This document shows, in pieces, positions 10,290-20,091 of a stretch of 64,000 nucleotides of DNA. Under the pieces are notes generated by a model. The model saw only the letters and a program-made list of their open reading frames with translations, was not told where the DNA came from and ran no database searches. The number at the start of each line of letters is the position of its first letter. Position 1 is the stretch's first letter. The DNA comes from an uncultured Verrucomicrobiae bacterium (GTDB lineage Bacteria > Verrucomicrobiota > Verrucomicrobiia > Chthoniobacterales > Chthoniobacteraceae). The DNA lies in the NCBI GenBank assembly GCA_963828525.1, contig CAWHEP010000004.1, positions 128,001-192,000 on the forward strand. The letters run 5' to 3'. The position numbers and the translations under genes are program-made.

Positions 10290-11690
10290 ATGGGAGGCTT
10301 GCGACAACATCTTTTGCTTTCGCTTCGGTTGAACTTCCGCAGCCCGCAAGCGCTTATCTACGGCTACCTTGTGCCTGTCTTCTTCTTGCTGGCTTTCGGG
10401 AGCGTCTTTCGATCATCCGTCCCGCCTCTCACGCGCGAGATGGGGCAGCTTCTCACCATCACCGTCTTCGGCGGCGCCTGCTTTGGCATGCCAACGGCGA
10501 TGGTTGCCGAACGGGAGCGCGGCGTCTGGCGTCGCTACAGGTTGCTGCCAACGGCGTCAGCAAATTTGATTCTTAGCGCCATGGTGGCTCGGTATTTCAT
10601 AGTTCTTGGTGGCGCGGTGATGCAAATCATTCTGGCGTGGTGCGTCTACCGCACCCCCTTACCATCCCATCCCGCGGAGATGTTGGTGTCATTCTCCTGC
10701 GTGTGCTTCGCGTTTCTGGGAATGGGCCTCATCATAGCGATGGTTGCGGACACCGTCCCATCCGTGCAGGCGCTCGGACAGGCGATTTTTCTTCCGATGA
10801 TTATGATCGGCGGGGTTGGTGTCCCCCTGCGCGCTCTTCCGCTTTGGGCATGGCATGTCGCCGCGTTCCTGCCGGGCCGGTATGCGGTGGAGGCGCTCGA
10901 CGCTTGCATCCTGCCTGCCGCTCCCGGTCTAGGCGGTTCCCGGTTCGCCCTCTCGGCGCTTCTGGCAGTCGGCTGCGCGGCCCTGCTCGCTGGCTCCGGA
11001 TTGTTCCGCTGGGATGTAAACCAGCGGCTCACCGGCCGGAAGAAAGGGTGGATTGCGGTCGCGCTTTTCGGCTGGGCAATCGTCGGCTTGGCAGCAGAGT
11101 GGACAGGACGGCTGACGATGCCCCTTGACCCGCCCAATCACGATGTCCCGCAAAGTTCAGCCACCAGCGTCCGCCCAGCGCCGGTCCTAATGCATAAGGA
11201 GCCTTGGGAGGCGCTGACAGCCGCCGATCTGAACGCGGTTACGTACGATGACGTCTTGCCGGATGAAGGCGTAGTGACCCCGGTGATGACGAATCTCGAC
11301 TCCCTGGACGATTCTGACCGAAATCGCCTGGACTCGTTTGAGCAGAAACTCGCAACCTGGCCCCCCGCGAAAGAGGGCGACAGGGTTCAGCGAGTCCGGA
11401 ATTTGCTAAGCGCCTGCGCGATTCCTGACGCGCTGGAAGATCCTTTGGAAGGCGCCGTCCCAATGGTTGTGTTCCAAAAGCTCAGGAGCAATATGCCAGA
11501 GAACGATCTCAAGAAGCTCCTGTGCTGGATCATACAGCACCCTGACGAAGGCAAAGTGTTGTTGCAAATACCGGAGTTGGGCATTGATGGTGAAATGTTC
11601 GAGCAACGGATCAGAGAACGCTCAACGTTGTACGCCAAAAAGCTTCTTTATCGCCTGATGGGGAAAACGGAGCGCAACTACGGCCGGTAA
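10290..11690 (+). CDS. ABC-2 type permease with extra C-terminal soluble domain
   Basis: ERERGVWRRY motif and 6-7 TM segments in the first ~270 aa, then ~190 hydrophilic aa. Confidence 0.82.
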   Translation: MGGLRQHLLLSLRLNFRSPQALIYGYLVPVFFLLAFGSVFRSSVPPLTREMGQLLTITVFGGACFGMPTAMVAERERGVWRRYRLLPTASANLILSAMVARYFIVLGGAVMQIILAWCVYRTPLPSHPAEMLVSFSCVCFAFLGMGLIIAMVADTVPSVQALGQAIFLPMIMIGGVGVPLRALPLWAWHVAAFLPGRYAVEALDACILPAAPGLGGSRFALSALLAVGCAALLAGSGLFRWDVNQRLTGRKKGWIAVALFGWAIVGLAAEWTGRLTMPLDPPNHDVPQSSATSVRPAPVLMHKEPWEALTAADLNAVTYDDVLPDEGVVTPVMTNLDSLDDSDRNRLDSFEQKLATWPPAKEGDRVQRVRNLLSACAIPDALEDPLEGAVPMVVFQKLRSNMPENDLKKLLCWIIQHPDEGKVLLQIPELGIDGEMFEQRIRERSTLYAKKLLYRLMGKTERNYGR

Positions 11691-11777
11691 CAGATTCGTA
11701 GAAACGCAGGGTTGCCAAAGAAACATCAACCAATGAATATATTGCATTCCATCCCCTAAACCGAAGGTCTTTGATCG

Positions 11778-12224
11778 ATGAAAATCCTCCATCTTTTTCT
11801 GGTTGTCCTTAGCCTCGCCGTCTCCGCGGTCGCATCCGCCGACGAGGAAAAGAAGGTGGTCATTTCTGGAGGGGATCAGATGAAGTATGATGTCACGAGC
11901 ATCGACGTTGCGGCAGGTCAGAAGGTGACCGTCACTCTCACCAACGCCGGCAAGCTGCCGAAGGCTGCGATGGCGCACAATTTTGTTCTTTTAAAAGCGG
12001 GAACCGACATCAACGCCTTCGCAGGAGCCGCTATTTCCCATCCAGACGAGGGCTACATTCCCCCGGAAATGCGAGACAAAATCATTGCTCAGACCAAACT
12101 CCTCGGACCGGGCGAGTCGGAAACTATCACGTTCACCGCGCCTGCCGCAGGCGTTTACGACTACATCTGTACTTTCCCCGGCCATGCGATAACAGGTATG
12201 CGGGGCGTCCTGAAGGTGAAATGA
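11778..12224 (+). CDS. Azurin/auracyanin-like type 1 blue copper protein
   Basis: Signal peptide; DQMKYD, MAHNFVL, YICTFPGH...MRG copper ligands. Confidence 0.92.
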   Translation: MKILHLFLVVLSLAVSAVASADEEKKVVISGGDQMKYDVTSIDVAAGQKVTVTLTNAGKLPKAAMAHNFVLLKAGTDINAFAGAAISHPDEGYIPPEMRDKIIAQTKLLGPGESETITFTAPAAGVYDYICTFPGHAITGMRGVLKVK

Positions 12225-12306
12225 CGCGATTGCCGGCGTTTGCAAAGGCGCGGTTCAACAACTCTCCATGCCACGCTGGCATTCACTCGTGAACACCAAC
12301 TTCCAT

Positions 12307-13278
12307 ATGAAAATCGCTCGCGCCGCCTTTCTCGTTGTACTCGCCGTGTGCGTTTGCGTTAATGCGGTGACCGCCGATCCCGCTCCAAAAAAGCTGCTCG
12401 TCGTCTCGGTTACAACCGGCTTTCGCCATTCGTCTATCGCGGATGCGGAGAAGGCGTTGATGCAAATGGCCGACCAGACACATGCGTTCACGCTCGATTT
12501 TGCGCGTCAACCTGCTGGAAAACCAGCAGCGCCGAAGAAGCCGACCGCTCCAAAGGCAAATGCTTCGGGCGACGCGCAGACCGCCTTCGAGGGGGCTATG
12601 GTCAAATACAATGCCGATCTCGCGGCAGCGCAACCAGCGTTGGCGAAGTGGGACGCGGATGTGAAACAGGCGCTCCTCAAGCTGGCTCCAGAGTCACTTA
12701 AGAACTATGACGGCGTGATCTTCGCAAGCACAACGGGGGATTTGCCAATCCCCGACAAGGAGGGCTTTCTCGCCTGGATCAAGGCGGGTCATGCTTTCAT
12801 CGGCATCCATGCCGCGACCGACACATTCCACGGCTGGCCGGCGTATATTGATATGATCGGGGGCGAGTTTCAGACGCACCACGCCCAAGTTGCCGCTGAA
12901 TGTTTTAACAAAGATCCGCAACACCCTGCTACCAGGAGTCTGGGAGCGAAGTGGGAAATACAGCAGGAGGAACTTTATCGATTCAAAAACTACGATGTCA
13001 CGCGTGTCCATGAACTGCTGGCCCTGGAGAAAGATCCCAATGATGGTTCCCCGGGACACTTCCCGATGGCGTGGTGCAAGGAATATGGAGCAGGCAAGGT
13101 TTTTTATACCGCGCTGGGCCACCGCGAGGATCTGTGGGACAACGACCCGGCCTTGAAAGATCGGAAAAACTCGGTGGAGACGGCCAAAGCGTTCCAGGCG
13201 CATGTGCTCGGAGGCATATCATGGGCCCTCGGTCTGGAGACTGGCGATGCCAAACCGCAGGCGCAACAGGTGAAGTAA
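12307..13278 (+). CDS. Secreted ThuA-domain protein
   Basis: TTGFRHSSI, FIGIHAATDT, EELYRF, GKVFYTALGH; signal peptide from ATG 12307. Confidence 0.87.
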   Translation: MKIARAAFLVVLAVCVCVNAVTADPAPKKLLVVSVTTGFRHSSIADAEKALMQMADQTHAFTLDFARQPAGKPAAPKKPTAPKANASGDAQTAFEGAMVKYNADLAAAQPALAKWDADVKQALLKLAPESLKNYDGVIFASTTGDLPIPDKEGFLAWIKAGHAFIGIHAATDTFHGWPAYIDMIGGEFQTHHAQVAAECFNKDPQHPATRSLGAKWEIQQEELYRFKNYDVTRVHELLALEKDPNDGSPGHFPMAWCKEYGAGKVFYTALGHREDLWDNDPALKDRKNSVETAKAFQAHVLGGISWALGLETGDAKPQAQQVK

Positions 13279-13332
13279 GGGGCGAGAAATACCTTGCAAT
13301 CCAAAAAGAAACATCTAACTTCCTGACCTTCT

Positions 13333-13602
13333 ATGGCAAAGACAAGTTGGATTGAGAGAGAAAAGCGCAAACGGGCGACCGTCGTGAAGTACGCCGCCGT
13401 GCGCGCCGAACTCAAGGCGAAAAAGGATTACATGGGGCTTTCGCAACTTCCTCGGAACGCCAGTCCCTGCCGGGTGACGAATCGATGCCTTCAGAGCGGA
13501 CGCCGCCGCGCGTTTATGCGCCGTTTCAAGCTTTCCCGTATCGCTTTTCGCGAACTGGCTTTAAACGGGATGATTCCCGGCGTAACCAAGTCGAGCTGGT
13601 AG
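13333..13602 (+). CDS. rpsN: 30S ribosomal protein S14 (89 aa, no complete zinc ribbon)
   Basis: MAKTSWIERE...LPRNASP...NRCLQSGRRR...FRELALNGMIPGVTKSSW. Confidence 0.97.
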   Translation: MAKTSWIEREKRKRATVVKYAAVRAELKAKKDYMGLSQLPRNASPCRVTNRCLQSGRRRAFMRRFKLSRIAFRELALNGMIPGVTKSSW

Positions 13603-13662
13603 CCAGTTCGGTTTTTGGAACAGCGACGCGCGACGCGCGCGCTGATTCTTGAGGCTAATCGC

Positions 13663-15054
13663 ATGGGTGTTCTAAGTGTCACTGTTTTCACCACTTGGGA
13701 ACCGGGCGAGCAGATTCTCTTCAAGCTTCTCGTCATTTTCGTTCTTGTTCTCCTGAATGGATTCTTTGTCGCGTCCGAATTTGCCTTCGTAAAGATTCGC
13801 GGCAGCCAGCTTGACGCGCTGATCGAGGAGGGCGACAAACGCGCGGCGCTGGCCAGACACGTCACCTTGCACCTCGACGCGTACCTCTCCGGCACACAAT
13901 TCGGCGTTACTCTTTCCAGTCTTGCGCTCGGCTGGCTGGGCGAACCTTTCCTCGCCAGGATGATCGAGCCGTTCTTCGCTTTGCTGCATGTGGACTCTGT
14001 CACTGTAGTCTCCGGTTGCGCGATTGCCCTTGGCTTCATGGCAATCACTTTTTTCCACATCATTCTTGGGGAACTGGCTCCAAAGTACCTGGCCATTCGA
14101 AAACCTGTGCCGGTGTCTCTGGCTCTGGTTCGCCCGTTGACGCTGTTCTATGGTGTCTTCAAACCTGCCATCTGGTGCTTGAACAAGTCTTCCAATTTTA
14201 TCCTTAAGAATCTCTTCCATCTCGATCCAGTCGGAGGCGCGGAGCTCGCTCACAGCGAAGAAGAGCTGCGGGTGATTTTGACGCAGAGCGAAAGCGCGGA
14301 AGAAGTCACTCCTTTGGGTAAAGAGATACTGATGAACGCGCTGGATCTCCGCCATCGTGTTGTGCGCGACATCATGACTCCGAGGGGAGAGGTCGTTTTC
14401 CTCAACACGGAAGATTCCTTCGAGGACAACCTGAAGGTCGCTCAGCACTCCCGGCATACCCGGTTCCCACTTTGCAAAGGCCACTTTGACGAAACGATCG
14501 GGCTTGTTCACATAAAGGATCTCCTGTTGCTTCTGCGCCAGCAGAAGCCCGACCTGAACGCGATTCGTCGCGACCTTCTCCAAATTCCCGAGATGATGCC
14601 GCTTGAGAAGCTCCTCAAGTTTTTTCTCGCGCGCCACGCGCACCTGGCGCTCGTGATTGATGAATATGGCGGCACGGTCGGCATTGTCTCGCTGGACAAT
14701 GTGCTCGAGGAAATTGTCGGTGATATTCAGGACGAATTCGACGCGGAGCAGCAAGAGTATAGACGAATTAACGACGACGAATTCGTTGTGGATGGAACTC
14801 TCGGCCTCTACGAACTAAACGATCTTGCCGGGTTCGAACTGGAAAGCGCGGACGTCAGCACGGTCGGGGGTTACGTGACACACCTCCTGGGTCATCTTCC
14901 CAAACAGGGGGAAACGACGCGCATTGAAAACTATCTGGTAACCATCGCCCAGACGAACGGGCGCCGGATCGTGCAGCTGAACTTCAAGAAGCAGGTCACG
15001 CAGCAAGCACCGGCAGAAAGCAAGGCGGCGGAATCCGCTGCGAAGAACTGGTAA
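13663..15054 (+). CDS. HlyC/CorC family (CNNM + CBS + CorC) membrane protein
   Basis: [53 protein letters not shown]. Confidence 0.93.
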   Translation: MGVLSVTVFTTWEPGEQILFKLLVIFVLVLLNGFFVASEFAFVKIRGSQLDALIEEGDKRAALARHVTLHLDAYLSGTQFGVTLSSLALGWLGEPFLARMIEPFFALLHVDSVTVVSGCAIALGFMAITFFHIILGELAPKYLAIRKPVPVSLALVRPLTLFYGVFKPAIWCLNKSSNFILKNLFHLDPVGGAELAHSEEELRVILTQSESAEEVTPLGKEILMNALDLRHRVVRDIMTPRGEVVFLNTEDSFEDNLKVAQHSRHTRFPLCKGHFDETIGLVHIKDLLLLLRQQKPDLNAIRRDLLQIPEMMPLEKLLKFFLARHAHLALVIDEYGGTVGIVSLDNVLEEIVGDIQDEFDAEQQEYRRINDDEFVVDGTLGLYELNDLAGFELESADVSTVGGYVTHLLGHLPKQGETTRIENYLVTIAQTNGRRIVQLNFKKQVTQQAPAESKAAESAAKNW

Positions 15055-15131
15055 AAACGCGATCCGAAACCGCGGGGCACCTTGCGATGCCGGCGCAACC
15101 CGACGGGATCATGCCAGCGCCGGACGCCAGA

Positions 15132-17058
15132 CTAAGTCTTGCTTGTGGCGAATCCCGGCGTTGGTGACCGCTGGCCGGAAGTCCCCGGGATAATTCTTGC
15201 AGCGGCGAAAGAGCGCCACATGCCAAGAGGAATATTCGCAACGCAGATCAGCGCGAGCTGGCTAGCAATGAACAGCGCGAGCCAAAAGAATGCCCGGTCG
15301 ATGAATCCGTAGGAATGGAGGCCGACCCCGAGCATATTCACTCCGAACCATGAAAGACTGGTCACGACATTGCCAAAGAGCGCCATTGTCATCAATCCTC
15401 GCTGGCGGATGAAGCCGCCCCAGCGGGCATGCAATATGACCGCGTTCCAGAGGACAATGAGAAGCGCTCCGTTCTCCTTCGGATCCCAGCCCCAAAACCT
15501 GCCCCAGCTCTGGTCTGCCCAGATACCGCCGAGAATCGTCCCGACGAAACTGAAAAGGGTGGCGAAGCAGACAATTCCGTAAACCATGCGCTCCAGAGAC
15601 TTCGCGATCTCGGGAGTAAGTCCAGAGGTCAGGATGCCGCGCGCAACATAGATAATGGCAAGAAATCCGGCGAGGAACGTCGAGGCATAACCGAGCGTGA
15701 TTACCACGACGTGAGTGGACAACCATAGGTTGGAATTCAGTACCGCGCGCATAGCCTCCATCGTGTCACCCGAAGCCGAGAGATGATGAGCGATGATGAG
15801 CGTCAGAAAACCAATCATCCCGGCTGTGGCGCTGCCAATACCGTTCCGGTATATCCGCTCGATGATGATCGCGAGCAAGACAGCTCCCCAGCCCACGAAC
15901 ACTGCCGAGGAGTAGAGGTTTGTAACGGGGGGGCGGTCTTGCAAGTAGATCCGCGATACCAGCCCCGCAGTGTGGAGGGTGAAGGTAAGCGCCGTTAGAT
16001 AGTACCCGACTTTCCCGAGCGCGACCGGCCAGAGCAGCCATGAGAAACACGCCAGCACCAGCACCAGCACGTAGAGGAACATGCAGCGATAGAACGGCGC
16101 GACTCGATTGAAGAGGAACTCGTAGTCTATTTTCCGCAGGGAACCTCTGTAGTTGTGAGCCAGCCAGTCTCTGTATTTCAGGCATTGATCTTCGAACCCG
16201 GCGTGGTCTGGCGCTCGATAGGCAGTGCGAATATCCGCCAGCAGCAAGATCGCCGGACTCAGCTTTCTGCTCATGATGGAATCCAGGAGATTCTCGCCGA
16301 TCGTTGAAAAGGCGGCATGTGAATCCGCATCCTTTGCAGGCGGGATGGGATTAAGGCAGGCCAGCCTCGCCAGAAGATCATACCGTTTAGTGAAATCGAC
16401 CAGGGCGTCGAGGTCCTCCTTGCTGAATGCCTCATTCGCCGCGCGTTTGTGGATTGCCACCAAGCCGGGATCTATCGCTGCCTGGAATGTCGCGATCTCG
16501 TCCGCAAGAGGAGGCGCGCCTTCCGCTTGCACACTGTTGGCGAGCCGATGGTAGAGCACAAGCTGCTCATGCAGCTTCAGAATATCTCTCTGAAACAGCG
16601 ATCGCTCTCCCGAGTCCACAGTCTCCGCCAGCCCGGCCTGTCGCTCGATTTCATCAAGAGACGCCTTCAACTGAGCGAAGGAATAAAGCTTTCCGTCCGC
16701 GCTCTTGTAGTTGGCTAGATGGAGGTACATCCTCGTTGTTTATGAGGAAAACCTTGTAGCTCTCCGCTGCCTCCGGGCGGAACAACACATCCTGCAGCCA
16801 CTCATTGGCGCTGACAAGGCGCCCTTCATCCCCCTGGCTTTGCGCATCGTGGAAAGTCTGTTTGCCGCTAAGAATCAGCAGCGAATTCCGAGCAACGGAA
16901 TCCATTGGCTGCAAGCGCCCGTTTGCCATAACTGGCAGCCGGCCGAAAGTTTCGGAACCCGGAGACGGTTTCGCCCCGCCCGGTAGAAACGGCAGGACAG
17001 ACAGTCCCAAAGCGATGACAAACCAAAGCGCTGTTCGCTCGCGGGGGTGCGTATCCAT
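15132..17058 (-). CDS. ccsA: System II cytochrome c biogenesis protein CcsA/ResC (+1 frameshift ~16724)
   Basis: WWD motif GIWADQSWGRFWGWDPKEN, RPPVTNLY, WLSTHV, GVGLHSYG. The N-terminal part (LPVMANGRLQPMDS) joins after removing one C. Confidence 0.9.
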
Positions 17059-17060
17059 TT

Positions 17061-18212
17061 TCAGGCAGTCCTCCTCGCGGAGAAGCGGACGAGATGAGTC
17101 GAGAATTGGAGAATGAGACCGAGGGCTACCAGGCTGCATGAGGTGTAAGGGAGAAGCCAGTTGGGATTCTTTACCACCTGCAATATCGTCGTCTTATCAT
17201 CATTATCAAAGCTTGCCTGGTAAAAGGCCTCGCCCTCATAACGCAGAGGGTGGTTCATATAGACAAGGACGTTTCTGTCCTCCTTCTTTTCGGGATATTT
17301 CAGATGCAGAAGGCTTGAGAAAACACTCGGGATATCGGTGCCGGCGTATTTCTCGTGAGTGAACTTCACCAGCTGAAGGCTGAAAGGTTTGTAGAATCGG
17401 CGCTGTCGGAGCTCAATCGCGTACTGTTTGCCGAGATACGTGAAATGCTGGTGCGCCCCAAGGCCGTTTGAGACCATCCACGTTCCCAGCGAACCGTCTG
17501 TGGACGCAAGTTCCACGTAGCAGGTGGTGATATTCCGCAAATCCTCCTTTGTGACGGGAGGCAGTTCCGTCGCCTCCACGTTCTGTCCGATCCCCGTTGT
17601 TACCCCAGACTTGTCCTCGGCGCCGGAACGGGGACCCAGGTTGGAGTTGAGCATGAAGCGCTTTACCTTCACCAGAAACGGAAGGTCCGGGTGCTGGAAA
17701 GTGTCCCCTGTCTCCAGGAGTTTCTGCGGGATTGCCACGACCTTGTCATAATCGGGATGAGAGAGATCGATTATGGCGAGCTCTGTCTCCTGGAGGCTCT
17801 CGGAATAATTCTTCGATTGTCCCTCGTCCAGGCGGATCTGCGTCTCGACGGCAAAGAAATCCGTCAGCAAGACGCTCAGGAGGAGCAGGATGATTCCGAA
17901 ATGGATGAGATTGATGCCAGCGCGCTTCCAAATCAGTTTGAACCGGTAGATGTGAGCGAACACAAGGTTGAGGAGCAGAGCTGTGCCGATGGTGTATCCG
18001 CCTGGTAGAATTGGCACTTTGAAAGCGGTTCCCGGCGGAGTCCAAAAAACTAGAAAGCTCTGAAAAAATCTATGCTGGGCAGCGTGGATTCCCACATCCA
18101 CCTGCGCCAATGTGCCGCAAACTACCAAAATCATGGCGAAGCAGAGGCATATGATCGTGAGCCTTAACGAGATAAAGAAGCGGCCCAACGCCGGGAGTGA
18201 ATCAGCCTTCAT
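17061..18212 (-). CDS. System II cytochrome c biogenesis protein CcsB/ResB-like
   Basis: LVVCGTLAQ, LIHFGIILLL, YMNHPLRYEGEAFYQASF; 2 bp upstream of ccsA. Confidence 0.85.
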   Translation of the reverse strand: MKADSLPALGRFFISLRLTIICLCFAMILVVCGTLAQVDVGIHAAQHRFFQSFLVFWTPPGTAFKVPILPGGYTIGTALLLNLVFAHIYRFKLIWKRAGINLIHFGIILLLLSVLLTDFFAVETQIRLDEGQSKNYSESLQETELAIIDLSHPDYDKVVAIPQKLLETGDTFQHPDLPFLVKVKRFMLNSNLGPRSGAEDKSGVTTGIGQNVEATELPPVTKEDLRNITTCYVELASTDGSLGTWMVSNGLGAHQHFTYLGKQYAIELRQRRFYKPFSLQLVKFTHEKYAGTDIPSVFSSLLHLKYPEKKEDRNVLVYMNHPLRYEGEAFYQASFDNDDKTTILQVVKNPNWLLPYTSCSLVALGLILQFSTHLVRFSARRTA

Positions 18213-18816
18213 CTGGGAACCGCGCAGATTTCACGAAGTCGACAAATCGCTGCTTCTCCTCCGCAACCACCGGGTCGGCGCCAGTCATCTTGAAGAACCA
18301 GGTTCGCTCATTTCTCTTCAGGATGGCCGCAAGCGTCCTCGTTTTGAATCTGTTTTTTGCCAAGGTTTTTTCACTCACCATGTCCAGCAGGATAAAGGGA
18401 TCACCGCCACCGGGGATGGGTGTCTCGACGCGGGAGAGGCTATCATCATCGATGGGAGGCAGGCTGAGCTGGCCGCGCCAGCGGTTAACGTTGGCCAGGT
18501 CACCGCCGCCAGTTCCCCCCAGGGATACCACTGAGATGTCGGCCTTCTCTCCTTCCGCTCCGGCGAACGTGAAACTCGCGATCCGCATTGCGGACGGCGG
18601 CTGTTCAATCCAGCCGGAAGGCAGATTCCATGTGGGCTTTTTCGAGGGGGCGTCAGTAGCGGCCAGACTCGGAGCCCCCGGCATAGGAGCTTCCGGTTCT
18701 TTCGGGATAGTATAAGACTGAATGGTCTCGTCGCGGCAGGATGCGAGCGCGAGAATGCAAAAAATCGCAGCCGCTGTCGCCCGCGCATGCCGGACGAGGT
18801 AGGGGGAGGTGGTCAT
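18202..18816 (-). CDS. Hypothetical lipoprotein linked to ccsBA
   Basis: Lipobox LASC; WNLPSGW, GGGDLANVNRWRGQL, TWFFKMTG; overlaps the ccsB start by 11 bp. Confidence 0.75.
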   Translation of the reverse strand: MTTSPYLVRHARATAAAIFCILALASCRDETIQSYTIPKEPEAPMPGAPSLAATDAPSKKPTWNLPSGWIEQPPSAMRIASFTFAGAEGEKADISVVSLGGTGGGDLANVNRWRGQLSLPPIDDDSLSRVETPIPGGGDPFILLDMVSEKTLAKNRFKTRTLAAILKRNERTWFFKMTGADPVVAEEKQRFVDFVKSARFPDEG

Positions 18817-18828
18817 GGACGCCGGCAC

Positions 18829-20079
18829 CTATGCGTCCAGAACCAGTTCTGTCTGCGGAGCGCAGATGCACGTCAGGCAGGACCCATGATCTGGCTTTGA
18901 ACCGGGTTCGTTTACGTAAGTCACTTCTCCTGACTTTACTGCTGTGAGACAGCTTCCGCAATTCCCAGCTCTGCAACCGAAGTTCATGGCGATGCCGTTG
19001 GCCTCGGCCAGCTCGAGCAGGTTTGCGGAACGGCCGTCCCATGTTACTGATTTACCAGACTTTACGAATGTCACTGTCAGCGCGGAAGCCGTTGGAGGAG
19101 CCTCAGTTTTCGGCGCTGGCGTTCTCTTGACGCTAGCGGGGCCGAACGCTTCGAAATGCACGTTTTCATCCGGTACTCCCCATTCCTTCAAACCCGTGAT
19201 AAGTGACTCCATCATCGGCCCTGGGCCGCAGATATAATAATTGTAGTTATTGGAGGGCAGCAGCGTCTTGAAGAGCTCCACTCCGACGCGACTCTTATGA
19301 TGGAAGTCGGTGTCAGTGGCTTCGGGAGCACTGCAGCAGATATGCAGGCGTACGTTATCATGAGCTTTGGCTACCGCCATGAGATGCTCCTTCATCACGT
19401 ATTCCGAGCAATTCCGGATTCCGTAGAAGAACCATACTTCGCGTTTGGAGCCGCTCTCCACGATTTCATTTAACATGGCCATCACGGGCGTGACGCCGAT
19501 GCCTCCTCCGATTAGCACGACCGGAGTCAGCTGGTTGGTATCGAGGAAAAATTGACCGGCGGGCGAGCGAACATCAACGATATCGTTTTCACGCAGTTGC
19601 TCATGCACGAAAGTGGACACCAGCCCCCCTCGAGTCTCCGCGCCGGACGGAGCTACTTTCTTGATAGTGACACGATAACAGTCGGGCCGGGCTTTGTCTG
19701 ACAGAGAGTAGCATCGCACGACCTTCTTCTTCTGGCCCGGCACATCAAAATCGAACGTTAAATATTGACCAGGGTTAAAGGCGGGAAGCAGTTTATTGTC
19801 GTGAGGCGCCAGGTAGAGAGAGCAGATGCCGTCTGCTTCGATTACCTTTTTCTTGATCGAGAATTTACGGATTCCACTCCACGAAGTCCCCGTTTCCTCT
19901 GCTTTCTTTTTCTCCCGCCGCGCAGCTTGCAACTTCGTGAGGAGTATTTCAAACGTGGCCCGGTCCGCCCTCCGTTGGAAACTCAGCCGTCGCAGCGAAC
20001 CCGTCAGCACCGTGGCTCCCTGCGCGAAGACAAGCGCCAGGAGAGCTGCTCCCGACGCTTTCAGGATGTCGAAGTTCAT
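18829..20079 (-). CDS. FAD/NAD(P)H-binding FNR-type reductase with C-terminal [2Fe-2S] ferredoxin and N-terminal hydrophobic helix
   Basis: RCYSLS, GLVS, GGIGVTP, CGPGPM, EAFG, CRAGNCGSC...CLTC. Confidence 0.9.
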   Translation of the reverse strand: MNFDILKASGAALLALVFAQGATVLTGSLRRLSFQRRADRATFEILLTKLQAARREKKKAEETGTSWSGIRKFSIKKKVIEADGICSLYLAPHDNKLLPAFNPGQYLTFDFDVPGQKKKVVRCYSLSDKARPDCYRVTIKKVAPSGAETRGGLVSTFVHEQLRENDIVDVRSPAGQFFLDTNQLTPVVLIGGGIGVTPVMAMLNEIVESGSKREVWFFYGIRNCSEYVMKEHLMAVAKAHDNVRLHICCSAPEATDTDFHHKSRVGVELFKTLLPSNNYNYYICGPGPMMESLITGLKEWGVPDENVHFEAFGPASVKRTPAPKTEAPPTASALTVTFVKSGKSVTWDGRSANLLELAEANGIAMNFGCRAGNCGSCLTAVKSGEVTYVNEPGSKPDHGSCLTCICAPQTELVLDA

Positions 20080-20091
20080 CCGCGTTTTGTA

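Noticed and set aside
13672..14754. 360-aa antisense ORF
   Set aside because: Shadow of the HlyC/CorC gene; no motifs.
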